Shown piece by piece: positions 1 through 8,769 of a stretch of 64,000 bases of DNA; the stretch's first letter is position 1, and every line of letters starts with the position of its first letter. The DNA lies in assembly GCA_017480385.1 (NCBI GenBank), contig JAFVAT010000007.1:26334-90333 (forward strand), in the 5' to 3' direction. The notes under the pieces are model-generated. The model was given only the letters and a program-made list of their open reading frames with translations, did not search any database and was not told the DNA's origin. Source of the DNA: Alphaproteobacteria bacterium (GTDB lineage Bacteria; Pseudomonadota; Alphaproteobacteria; CAAGCB01; CAG-977). The position numbers and the translations under genes were made by a program.

Positions 1-119
1 TCGTAATCTTTCGCCCACGGGAAAACGCCGTTTTCGCTGCCCGGTTTGCCGAAGCTCATGCACCCCAAGCAAATTTTCGATACATCAATGCCGGAATTGC
101 CTAATTTCACATATTTCAT
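1..119 (-). CDS. Aldo/keto reductase, N-terminal part (runs off window start)
   Basis: Manual translation from ATG at 119: MKYVKLGNSGIDVSKICLGCMSFGKPGSENGVFPWAKDY, a typical AKR start (LG.SG..VS.ICLG.MSFG). Divergent from lysR. Confidence 0.85.
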   Translation of the reverse strand, partial: MKYVKLGNSGIDVSKICLGCMSFGKPGSENGVFPWAKDY

Positions 120-202
120 TTTGATTTCTCCTTATATTGCCTGTTTACAAAAACAGTAACAGGGAATAATATAAAAAATCTAATTGAAACTTTTAATATT
201 CA

Positions 203-217
203 ATAGAAAAATTCTAT
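203..217. promoter_or_regulatory. LysR-type recognition box ATAG-N7-CTAT
   Basis: ATAGAAAAATTCTAT is a T-N11-A dyad lying 1 nt before the lysR ATG, between the divergent lysR and AKR genes. Confidence 0.6.
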
Positions 218-218
218 T

Positions 219-1091
219 ATGAACACAAAGCAAATCAATGCCGTTTTAGAGCTGGCGCAAACGCTGAACTTCAACAAAGCCGCCGAAAACCTATACGTAT
301 CTCAACCGACTTTATCTTATGAGATCAAAGAATTTGAAAACGAAATCGGATTTAAAATCTTCAACCGTTCCGGCAAAGGAGCAACGTTGACGCCTGCGGG
401 AACACAGTTTTGCGCCGATTTGCGTTCCATTCGAGAAGACCTGAAAAACGCGGTGGAGCGGGGGCAAAACTTTTCTGCCGAGTATTCGGATTCTCTGACG
501 ATCGGTCTGCCCGTGCGGTCGATGCTTCGTTTTCTGCCGCAAGCAATCGTTAAGCTGAAAAAGAAATTCCATGCCGTTTCCGTCACGCCTCAATTCACAG
601 GCTTTTACGCACCGGACGCGTTTTTAAACAACCGGCAGGACGTTTTGATTGCAATGGACTTTGAGCTGAAACACGTTCCCGACATTGCGGTTTATCCGCT
701 TTATGAAAGCGGCATTTCCCTGATTACGCAAAAGGACGACCCGCTGACAAAGAAAAAAGCCATAACCGCCGAAGACTTGCACGGTCGGACGCTTCTGGTC
801 GGCGGCGGTTCCCCGCCCGCTTTGCGCAAAGTCCAACAAAGGCTGATCAAAACGGGAAAAATCCGGTATTTTAACAGCGCCGACCACGACACGACTTTGA
901 CTCACGTCGCCGCCGGTTCCGCCGTCTGCCTCGCCCCCGCTTTTTTAAACGACCACGGCGGGGAATTCGGCTGGACTCCTTTCGCCTGCCCCGAAAAATT
1001 CAACATCGTTTTATGCCGGCACGCTTCGGACAAACGGGAAAGTCTGCTGTATTTCATCAAAACCCTGCAAAAACTGCACGGCAGCGGTTGA
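219..1091 (+). CDS. LysR family transcriptional regulator
   Basis: N-terminal HTH (LNFNKAAENLYVSQPTLSYEIKEFENEIGFKIFNR) plus substrate-binding domain, 290 aa. Confidence 0.95.
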   Translation: MNTKQINAVLELAQTLNFNKAAENLYVSQPTLSYEIKEFENEIGFKIFNRSGKGATLTPAGTQFCADLRSIREDLKNAVERGQNFSAEYSDSLTIGLPVRSMLRFLPQAIVKLKKKFHAVSVTPQFTGFYAPDAFLNNRQDVLIAMDFELKHVPDIAVYPLYESGISLITQKDDPLTKKKAITAEDLHGRTLLVGGGSPPALRKVQQRLIKTGKIRYFNSADHDTTLTHVAAGSAVCLAPAFLNDHGGEFGWTPFACPEKFNIVLCRHASDKRESLLYFIKTLQKLHGSG

Positions 1092-1126
1092 TAAATTTTT
1101 TTTAACCTTTGAGGCATCGAACCGTT

Positions 1127-1699
1127 ATGATTAAAACGCACCGGCTGCAGATCAGAAAAACAAAAGCGAAAGACTGGAAATCCATAAAAGAAATATGGAC
1201 GGATTTCGATTTATCCGCATACGCGAAATATGACAGGCCGCACCATTTATCAAACGTGGCCGTCAGAACGGAAGTAAAAAAACAATGTCTGGAAAACAAG
1301 CGCAAAAATCACTTGTTTTATGTCGTTTTGTTCCGTCAAACCGTTATCGGATATTTTGATTTTCACAATACCGGCGACGGATACGACTGCGGATACTGCT
1401 TTTTATCCTCATATCACGGCAAAGGCTTTGCGCGGGAAGGGTTTCAGACGCTTCTTGAGCTGCTGAATAAAAAAGGCGTTAAAAAATTCACTGCCGGAAC
1501 TGCGCTTGACAACGCGCCCTCGGTCAAACTTCTGCTGTCATTGGGATTCAAATTGACCGGAACGGAACGCGTTTCTTTTTATAAGGACACTTCAAACGCG
1601 GAAATTTCCTTTGACGGCGGCAGGTATGAATTAACACCGGCGGAAAGGATTAGTATTTCAGCGTTCCCATCGCGTTCATCAGCGCCACATACGATTTAA
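1127..1699 (+). CDS. GNAT family N-acetyltransferase (RimJ/RimL-like)
   Basis: GYCFLSSYHGKGFARE acetyl-CoA motif and N.PS.KLL..LGF. ATG at 1127 chosen over upstream TTG. Confidence 0.85.
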   Translation: MIKTHRLQIRKTKAKDWKSIKEIWTDFDLSAYAKYDRPHHLSNVAVRTEVKKQCLENKRKNHLFYVVLFRQTVIGYFDFHNTGDGYDCGYCFLSSYHGKGFAREGFQTLLELLNKKGVKKFTAGTALDNAPSVKLLLSLGFKLTGTERVSFYKDTSNAEISFDGGRYELTPAERISISAFPSRSSAPHTI

Positions 1700-2972
1700 T
1701 CATACCGTATTCCGCGTGCGCCAAAGAAACTTTGGAATCCAACAGTTCCTGTTGGGCGTTCAAAACGTCCAGCGTCGTTCTCGACCCGTGGGCGGCTTCG
1801 TCCCGAACGCCGCTTAACGCTTTTTCATTGGCTCTGATTTGCGCCTGCGCGTAATCGATTTCCGCCTTGTGACTGCGCAGATCGTTCCACGCGATGCGGA
1901 CGCGTTCGCGCACAGCCGCTTTCATATTGTCGATTTGCGCGCGCACGACGTTCAGCTGTTCGGCGGCCTCCTCGCTTTTATAATGCGATGTCGAAGCGTC
2001 GTACAAAGGAATCGTCAGCGCCAGTTTCGCCTGATAGTTCGTATAGTCGTCCATCATCATCGGCTTTTCCTGACGACCGGCGTACAGACTTAAATCCAAA
2101 GACGGCGAAGACGTATTTTTCGATACCTTGATATTTTCCCTTGCAGCATTTTCTCGTTCGTTCAGCTCTTTGATTTTCAGGTTTTCCCGTTCCGCGGTCT
2201 GTTCGGCGGCCTCCAAAGAACGAGGCCCGTCCTTTGTCAAAGCGTAAATGAATTTTTCGTTTTCGCTTTCGGGTTTTTCCGAAATGATCGAACGAATGGA
2301 AAGCGTCTTGTCATATTCCGCCGTTTTGCCCGTCAGACGGAAGAAAGCCTCCTGCGCGTTGCTGACCGACATATCCGCCTGCGTCAACGCGGCGCGGGCG
2401 CGCTGAAGGCGGGCTTCCGCCTGCGCGACGTCGGTAGACGTACCGCGTCCCAAAGCGGCTTTGTCCCGCGTTTCGACATAGTACGCCCTTAACACGTCCG
2501 CGTTGTTGCGCCGCAACGTCTGAACGTCCACCGCGTCCATATAATCCAGATACGACCGGATGACGCGGTAAACCAGATCCGAACGCTTTTCGGCGACCGC
2601 GCTGTCTTCGGCCTTTTCGCGGTATTCGGCGGCGCGGACCGCGTAAAGGGTCTTGCCGCCTTCATACAAATTCATCTGCGCCCGAACGCCGTAAGAGTAT
2701 GGCGTTTCGTCTTCCTTGATTTCGTTCGGCGCGCCCGTCACCGTGTATTCGCGCCGTTCCGCGGCAACGTCGCCGACCAGATCGACCCGCGGTTTATAGC
2801 CTGATGAAAACCGCCCTTTCTGTGCCGAAACCGCTTTTTTCTGCGCCTGAACGGCGGCCATTTCGGGATTGCTTTGAAGCGTGTAGCCGATAATTTCGTT
2901 CAAAGAATCGGCGTGTGCCGCAAATGAGGTACAAACCAGAAACAAAACGGCCAAAAAAACATTTTTCTTCAT
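1650..2972 (-). CDS. TolC family outer membrane efflux protein
   Basis: Signal peptide; G.RTTLDVLNAQQEL and GRGTSTDVAQAEARL TolC repeats; last gene of an ABC efflux operon. Confidence 0.9.
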   Translation of the reverse strand: MKKNVFLAVLFLVCTSFAAHADSLNEIIGYTLQSNPEMAAVQAQKKAVSAQKGRFSSGYKPRVDLVGDVAAERREYTVTGAPNEIKEDETPYSYGVRAQMNLYEGGKTLYAVRAAEYREKAEDSAVAEKRSDLVYRVIRSYLDYMDAVDVQTLRRNNADVLRAYYVETRDKAALGRGTSTDVAQAEARLQRARAALTQADMSVSNAQEAFFRLTGKTAEYDKTLSIRSIISEKPESENEKFIYALTKDGPRSLEAAEQTAERENLKIKELNERENAARENIKVSKNTSSPSLDLSLYAGRQEKPMMMDDYTNYQAKLALTIPLYDASTSHYKSEEAAEQLNVVRAQIDNMKAAVRERVRIAWNDLRSHKAEIDYAQAQIRANEKALSGVRDEAAHGSRTTLDVLNAQQELLDSKVSLAHAEYGMIKSYVALMNAMGTLKY

Positions 2973-2984
2973 AAAAAAGACTCC

Positions 2985-4082
2985 CTATAAAGTCGTTTTA
3001 AACCGGCGCATACCCCACAGTCCGAAAACCAGACCGAACAGCATAACCGCGCCCATATGGCGGAAACAGTATCCCCATTCGCACCCTTTCAAAAACAAAG
3101 TGCGCGACACTTCGGAGAGGTGATACAGCGGATTGCAGTAAGACAGATAACGCAAAATAAACGGCATATTGTCCACCGGCGCCATACCGCCCGACAACAG
3201 CATCAAAACCATAATAACCATCATCGTTGCGAACATACCTTGCTTTTGCGTCGTGCATATCGTTGACAGCCAGATCGAAAAAGCGGAAAAAGACACCGAC
3301 ATCACCGTAAAGACGACAATCAGCTGTAAAATGCTGCCGACAAACGGGACGTGAAACACGATCATCGCTTCCGCCTGCAGGGACAGCATGCTCAAAAGCG
3401 CGACAATGACGGCGGGAACCGTTTTTCCGATAATGATATGACTTGTCTTGATCGGCGCGGAAATCAGCGTTTCAAAAGTGCCCTGCTCCTTTTCGCGGCA
3501 AATGGAATCGCTGACAAGAACGATGACCATAATCGCCGCCTGAAAAGCGACCAGAAACGGCAAAAGAAAGTAGTTCGTTTCCATTTCCGGATTGAACAGG
3601 ACTCTGGTTTTAAAACTGATTCCCGTCGTTTCGGGCATTGTGACAAAGCGCGTTTCCTCAAGCCCCTTTTGAACGATCGCCTGCGCGTATTGTTCCATTG
3701 CCTGCGCTTTGACAACGTTTGAAGCGTCGATCAGAACTTGCAACTCTGGTTTTTCCGATCCCAAAGAGCGCGTAAACCCTTTCGGCGGCGCGACCATAAC
3801 CATATCCGCAACCCCCGTCTGAACGGCTTTAAACGGTGTTTCCGTCGTCGGTTCGACTGCGGAAAACCATTTGGAAGCCTGAGCTTTTTCCTGAATCTTG
3901 GACAGCACATAGTCGTCCGCCTTGCCGTCAACGTACAGTTTGATGTTCTGCGCCGTGCTGGACAGGCTGGAGTTTAGAATCAGCGTCTGAATCAACGGCA
4001 TAATCAACAGAGCGACCAGCATCTGCGGATTGCGAAACAACTGAATCAATTCCTTTTTGATAAATCCCGCAATAACGTTCAT
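2985..4082 (-). CDS. ABC-2 transporter permease (YbhR-like)
   Basis: KKELIQLFRNP start, FNPEMET, REKEQGTFETLISAP motif, 6 TM. Confidence 0.9.
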   Translation of the reverse strand: MNVIAGFIKKELIQLFRNPQMLVALLIMPLIQTLILNSSLSSTAQNIKLYVDGKADDYVLSKIQEKAQASKWFSAVEPTTETPFKAVQTGVADMVMVAPPKGFTRSLGSEKPELQVLIDASNVVKAQAMEQYAQAIVQKGLEETRFVTMPETTGISFKTRVLFNPEMETNYFLLPFLVAFQAAIMVIVLVSDSICREKEQGTFETLISAPIKTSHIIIGKTVPAVIVALLSMLSLQAEAMIVFHVPFVGSILQLIVVFTVMSVSFSAFSIWLSTICTTQKQGMFATMMVIMVLMLLSGGMAPVDNMPFILRYLSYCNPLYHLSEVSRTLFLKGCEWGYCFRHMGAVMLFGLVFGLWGMRRFKTTL

Positions 4083-5191
4083 TCCAGATTCCTCTTAAAT
4101 TTGGACAGCGTGAAAGTCAGAATGACGACGCCCTGAACGGCCATCGCCGCAAACGGAATCCACAAATCGGCGAAAGCCATATCCTTCAGAAACTCGCCGC
4201 GCGCGATTTCCACATACCACCGCGCGGGGAAAATCATTGTCACATACTGCATGATTTCCGGCATATACTCGATCGGAAAAACGAATCCCGACAACATAGA
4301 CGCCGGAAGCATACCGATCAGACTGACATATTGAACGGCGACCTGCTGTTGTTTGGAAATCACGGAAACGAACAGTCCGATTCCCAGATAATCGACCGTG
4401 CACATCAGACCGGCCAGAAACAAAATCCAATGCGAACCGATGAACGGCACGTTGAAAATAAACCGCGTCGCCAGATAGATGATCATAAACGCAACGCCGC
4501 TCAACACCGTGTAAGGCCCGATTTTCCCGATCAGAATTTCTATCGGCCTGACGGGCGTTGACAGCAATAATTCCATCGAACCGAGTTCCCATTCGCGGCA
4601 AATCGTCAGCGCCGTCATCAAAATCGCGACCAGAGATAAAATCAACACCGCCAAAGCGGGCATAATGAAATTCTGCGAATTGAGTTCCGGATTGAACAGC
4701 AGACGGATTTTCAAAACGGACGGCGCCTGTTTCGTTTTCAAAATGTTTTGCGTCGCCATTTCGCTGACGCGCATCAGATAGCCCTGAACCGCGGAAACGG
4801 AGGAATTGTCCGTCCCGTCCAAAAGAACTTGCACGTCCGCGTTTCGCCCCGAGGAAAGCTCTTCGTCAAAATCGGGCGGAATGACGACGGCGGCTTTCGC
4901 CTGCCCGTTTTTAATCATACGCATCGCCTCTTCGGGGGAAGGCGCGGCAAACGTTTTAAAATAGCCGGAACTGTTCATCGTGCGCAACAGTTCCTTTGAT
5001 TCATAGGAACGGGACTGATCGACGACGGCCGTTTTGATGTCGCGCAGGTTGAATTCGACGGAATCCCCCAAAATCAACACCTGAACGAACGGCAGGACGA
5101 CCGCCAGCATCAACGTGAACGGATCGCGCAAGACGTGTTTGCATTCTTTCAGAAAGATTGCTTTCATACGGGTCAGAGAAGCGTTTTTCAT
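4079..5191 (-). CDS. ABC-2 transporter permease (YbhS-like)
   Basis: KECKHVLRDP, FNPELNS, REWELGSMELLLSTP. Start set at ATG 5191, overlapping the upstream stop (ATGA). Confidence 0.9.
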   Translation of the reverse strand: MKNASLTRMKAIFLKECKHVLRDPFTLMLAVVLPFVQVLILGDSVEFNLRDIKTAVVDQSRSYESKELLRTMNSSGYFKTFAAPSPEEAMRMIKNGQAKAAVVIPPDFDEELSSGRNADVQVLLDGTDNSSVSAVQGYLMRVSEMATQNILKTKQAPSVLKIRLLFNPELNSQNFIMPALAVLILSLVAILMTALTICREWELGSMELLLSTPVRPIEILIGKIGPYTVLSGVAFMIIYLATRFIFNVPFIGSHWILFLAGLMCTVDYLGIGLFVSVISKQQQVAVQYVSLIGMLPASMLSGFVFPIEYMPEIMQYVTMIFPARWYVEIARGEFLKDMAFADLWIPFAAMAVQGVVILTFTLSKFKRNLE

Positions 5192-6111
5192 CTGTTCGCC
5201 CCCTCCACCAGTTGCACGAACACATCTTCCAAAGACGGTTTCATTTCCGCAATCGAACCGTATTTTTGCGTGATTTCGCGACAGGCGGCGGCTTCGTCGA
5301 CACCGTCTTTGAAAATCGCGTGATAGTTCAACCCGTACGGCGTGAACATTGAAAACCGGTCGGCCTGCCACGCCAATAAACTCTCGCGCGCCGCCCCGTC
5401 CGTCGTTTTAATCAGATACATTTTTTTGGAAAACGTGTTCGTTTTCAGATTTTCGGGACTGTCCAAAGCGATCAATTCGCCCGACCGCATCAAAGCGATA
5501 CGGTTGCAGTTTTCTGCCTCGTCCATATAATGGGTCGTCACGAAAATCGTTTTGCCCTGTTGAGCCAACAACCGGATCAGGCGCCAGAACTTGTCGCGGG
5601 ACGCCGGCGCCACGCCCGCCGTCGGTTCGTCCAGAAAAACGATTTGCGGGTCATGCATCATCGACGCGACCAGCGCGATTTCCTGTTTGATTCCCCCCGG
5701 CAGTTCACGCACGACGGTCGAAGCGTCCGCGTTGAAACCGATGAAATCCAACAGCTTTTGTTTGCGTTCCAGATACGTTTCGCGCGGGATCTGACGCAAA
5801 GCGGCGGCAAATTCCAAATTCTCCCCGACAGAAATATCATCGTACAACGTGAATTTCTGCGACATATAGCCGACACGGCTCTTAATGTCGTTTTCGCGGC
5901 CTTTGACAAATTCGATTCCGTCGATCGTAACCTTGCCCTGCGACGCCCGCAAAAGCCCGCACAAGACACGGATCGTCGTCGTCTTGCCCGCGCCGTTCGC
6001 GCCCAAAAAACCGAAAATCTCGCCTTTCGGAACGGAAAAGCTGACGTCCTTGACGGCGTGGAAATCGCCGAATGTTACATATAAATGCTCGACTTTGACG
6101 ATTTCAGCCAT
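5188..6111 (-). CDS. ABC transporter ATP-binding protein
   Basis: Walker A GANGAGKTT, signature LPGG, Walker B VFLDEPT. Confidence 0.95.
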   Translation of the reverse strand: MAEIVKVEHLYVTFGDFHAVKDVSFSVPKGEIFGFLGANGAGKTTTIRVLCGLLRASQGKVTIDGIEFVKGRENDIKSRVGYMSQKFTLYDDISVGENLEFAAALRQIPRETYLERKQKLLDFIGFNADASTVVRELPGGIKQEIALVASMMHDPQIVFLDEPTAGVAPASRDKFWRLIRLLAQQGKTIFVTTHYMDEAENCNRIALMRSGELIALDSPENLKTNTFSKKMYLIKTTDGAARESLLAWQADRFSMFTPYGLNYHAIFKDGVDEAAACREITQKYGSIAEMKPSLEDVFVQLVEGANR

Positions 6112-6838
6112 TTCTCTGCGCCCGCTTGATAAAGAATTGATCAAAGTTGTCCGTGTCTTCTTTTTTCAACAGCTCCGCCGGATCGCCTTCGTCCAGAACG
6201 ACGCCGTTTTCAATCAGATGCACTTCGGCGCATCTTTCCGCTTCGTCCATATAAGCCGTCGTCATAATCACCAAAATCCCGTCCGCCGCCGATTGATTCA
6301 AAACGTCCCAGAATTCGCGGCGGCTGATCGGGTCGACGCCGTTTGTCGGTTCGTCCAACAAAATGACTCTCGGCGAACGCAGCAAAGAACACATTAGCCC
6401 CAGTTTTTTATACATTCCGCCGGACAGCTTTCCCGCGGGACGGTCTTTGAATTTATCCAGACGCGTAATTCTGTACAGCTTTCCGGCGCGTTCGGCATAC
6501 GTTTTTTTATCGATCGCGTACATATCGGCGAAAAAGCGCATATGCTCCTCAATCGACAAATCGGCGTAAAGGCTTTGCTTTTCAGGCATATAAGCGATTT
6601 CGTCCCTGATCTCTTCAAACGCGACCGGAGCGCCGTTTTCAAAGTAGGTTACGGAACCGGAATCCTTGTTCAACAATTCCAGCATAATCCGCAACATCGT
6701 CGTTTTGCCGGAACCGGCGGGTCCGATCATACCGTGCAGGCGTCCGGCGGCAAAGTTCATTGAAACGCCGTCCAACGCTTGAACATTTCCGAAACGGCGG
6801 GAAACGTTTTCGATTTTGACGGAAACCGGATTATTCAA
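6104..6838 (-). CDS. ABC transporter ATP-binding protein
   Basis: Walker A GPAGSGKTT, LSGGM, ILLDEPT. Together with the next ATPase it corresponds to the two halves of YbhF. Confidence 0.95.
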   Translation of the reverse strand: MNNPVSVKIENVSRRFGNVQALDGVSMNFAAGRLHGMIGPAGSGKTTMLRIMLELLNKDSGSVTYFENGAPVAFEEIRDEIAYMPEKQSLYADLSIEEHMRFFADMYAIDKKTYAERAGKLYRITRLDKFKDRPAGKLSGGMYKKLGLMCSLLRSPRVILLDEPTNGVDPISRREFWDVLNQSAADGILVIMTTAYMDEAERCAEVHLIENGVVLDEGDPAELLKKEDTDNFDQFFIKRAQRNG

Positions 6839-7580
6839 AGGCGGTCTCCACGGTCATACCGGATTTCAAAGTCAGGTCGTCGTTTTCAAAACGGACTTTG
6901 ACTCCGTACACCAGACGAGTACGTTCGGCGCGCGTCTGAACATTCTTCGGCGTAAATTCGGCCTCTTCATTGATTTTGATGATTTTTCCTTTAAATTGAC
7001 GGTCGGGAAGTTCCGGCAAAGTCCCGATCACTTTGTCACCGACATGCAGCGTATGGACGCGGTCGTGTTCCACATAGAAATAAGTCCAGATGTTTTTCGT
7101 GTCCGCCATCGATACCAACGGCTGACCGGGAGAGACAAATTCGCCTTTTTCCTTGAATTTTGTCAGAATCGTTCCGGAAAGAGGCGCTTTGATTTCACTC
7201 CATTCGATATGCAGGTCGTTTTCATTTTTCAGCCGTTCCGTTTTATCGAACTGGTCTTCAGAGATATGCCCTTTTTCCCGCAAACTTTTCGCCCGTTCGT
7301 AATCGTTGTTCAGCTGTTTGGACGCGACCGTGTAAATGTCGTCGTTCAGCTTGACGATAACGTCGCCTTCTTTCAGCGCATCGCCTTCCTCATACGGAAA
7401 ATCGAGAATATCCGTCGCCAGCTTGGAAGAAAGCGTCACTTTCGTGACCTCCAGCGTTCCGGCATAGCGGAATTCTTTCCGCCCGAAAAAATAAACGCCG
7501 CCGCCCGCCGCCGCGCATAACAAAATCAGAAAAACGATTGCCGCTTTGCGGCCCGATTTGGATTTTTTTGCTTCTGCCAT
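6831..7580 (-). CDS. HlyD family efflux membrane-fusion protein (YbhG-like)
   Basis: N-terminal TM, IKAPLSG, EAEFTPKNVQTRAERTRLVYGVK motif. Confidence 0.92.
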   Translation of the reverse strand: MAEAKKSKSGRKAAIVFLILLCAAAGGGVYFFGRKEFRYAGTLEVTKVTLSSKLATDILDFPYEEGDALKEGDVIVKLNDDIYTVASKQLNNDYERAKSLREKGHISEDQFDKTERLKNENDLHIEWSEIKAPLSGTILTKFKEKGEFVSPGQPLVSMADTKNIWTYFYVEHDRVHTLHVGDKVIGTLPELPDRQFKGKIIKINEEAEFTPKNVQTRAERTRLVYGVKVRFENDDLTLKSGMTVETAFE

Positions 7581-7670
7581 AATCCTCTCTCCTTTTGATT
7601 GCGAAACCAAAGGTAACGGATAGTCTTTTGATTAGCAACAGCAAATTAAAAATGAAAACAAAGTAATGGT

Positions 7671-8093
7671 TTAATCGTGACTGACCGCCAAATCCAGATG
7701 CCACCCCGTTTCCGGTATGGTCACGGAAAGAACATAGGCTTCTTTTTTGATCTCACGTGGCGGATATCCGCGCAAAATCATCGGCTGAACAATATCTTCC
7801 GGCAAAATTTTGATCAAAGAGAGCGGCGTTCTTTTTTCCTGCGCCCAATCACTGTAATAGAGGCTAATCCAACGGTTGATCGTCGTCGGCGATACACCGA
7901 CAATTTTGGCGATTTTCCGTCTGGATATGCCGACCGCATAGAAAATAACAGCTATACGCCGCTTATCCAATTCGTATCCTCGTTCCGTATCACGCGTGAA
8001 CTGATACCCGCACTTGCGGCATCTGTAACGCTGCTTTCCGCGTGCAAAGCCATATTTTTCGGCATTTCTAGAACCGCATTTCAAACACTTCAT
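7671..8093 (-). CDS. InsA-like zinc-ribbon plus helix-turn-helix protein (IS1 OrfA-related), no InsB partner
   Basis: CxxC...GKQRYRCxxCGYQFT zinc ribbon and GISRRKIAKIVGVSPTTINRWI HTH. The C-terminal third is not a DDE domain. Confidence 0.75.
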   Translation of the reverse strand: MKCLKCGSRNAEKYGFARGKQRYRCRKCGYQFTRDTERGYELDKRRIAVIFYAVGISRRKIAKIVGVSPTTINRWISLYYSDWAQEKRTPLSLIKILPEDIVQPMILRGYPPREIKKEAYVLSVTIPETGWHLDLAVSHD

Positions 8094-8255
8094 TTTCCGC
8101 CTCTACCATTACATACATTTCGCATTTTAACCACAAACGAAAAAACTTCAAGTCCGCACCGCTCTTGCGTCATAAAATAAAACGCTTTGCGACAACCGGA
8201 ACAGACAAGAGAAAAAACAACGACCAAAAAACTGCGCGGCAGGATAAACGAAGCA

Positions 8256-8302
8256 TTGACAATAGTTCAAAATCGTACTAATAATGGTTCCAAATCGGAC
8301 TA
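8256..8302 (+). promoter_or_regulatory. Sigma70 promoter with two tandem 18-bp imperfect palindromes (probable MarR operators)
   Basis: TTGACA at 8256-8261 and AATAAT at 8280-8285. TAGTTCAAAATCGTACTA (8263-8280) and TGGTTCCAAATCGGACTA (8285-8302) match at 15/18. Confidence 0.7.
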
Positions 8303-8322
8303 ATTTTAAAAAAGAGGGTTCA

Positions 8323-8766
8323 TTGAACAAACAAGAACAATTTGATCAGTTTCACAAAAGCTGGACTGAAATTAACGCCGCCTATGAACAATACGCCAGA
8401 AAGATCGGAATCAGCTATTCTCTTTTGCAAGTATTATGCGAGTTATACCATGCCAAAACTTCTATGACGCAAAAAGCCCTCTGTGAAATTTGTCATCTTC
8501 CTAAAACAACGGTGAATGCGATTATCTCAGGGCTTATCAAACAAAAACATGTCAAACTGCAGGAAATGCCGGAAGACCGCAGACAAAAATCTATCATTCT
8601 GACAGATTTAGGGCACCAATATGCCGCCCCTATTATGGAGAAAATGAGCACCAGCGAGCGACAAGCCTTTGCCATGCTTGACAATAAAACGATACAAATG
8701 ATGCTGAAAGGCATTGAAGATTATCAAAAATATTTTAATCAAAAACTTAACCAAAGCGGAGAATAG
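8323..8766 (+). CDS. MarR family transcriptional regulator
   Basis: Winged helix: MTQKALCEICHLPKTTVNAII..L...DRRQKSIILT. Likely TTG start after GAGGG. Confidence 0.92.
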   Translation: MNKQEQFDQFHKSWTEINAAYEQYARKIGISYSLLQVLCELYHAKTSMTQKALCEICHLPKTTVNAIISGLIKQKHVKLQEMPEDRRQKSIILTDLGHQYAAPIMEKMSTSERQAFAMLDNKTIQMMLKGIEDYQKYFNQKLNQSGE

Positions 8767-8769
8767 CAA

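Noticed and set aside
7612-8107. Possible IS1 terminal inverted repeats (GGTAACGGA at 7612; GGTAGAGCGGA on the minus strand near 8107)
   Set aside because: Similarity is limited to GGTA plus a gapped CGGA, with no target duplication; not distinguishable from chance.
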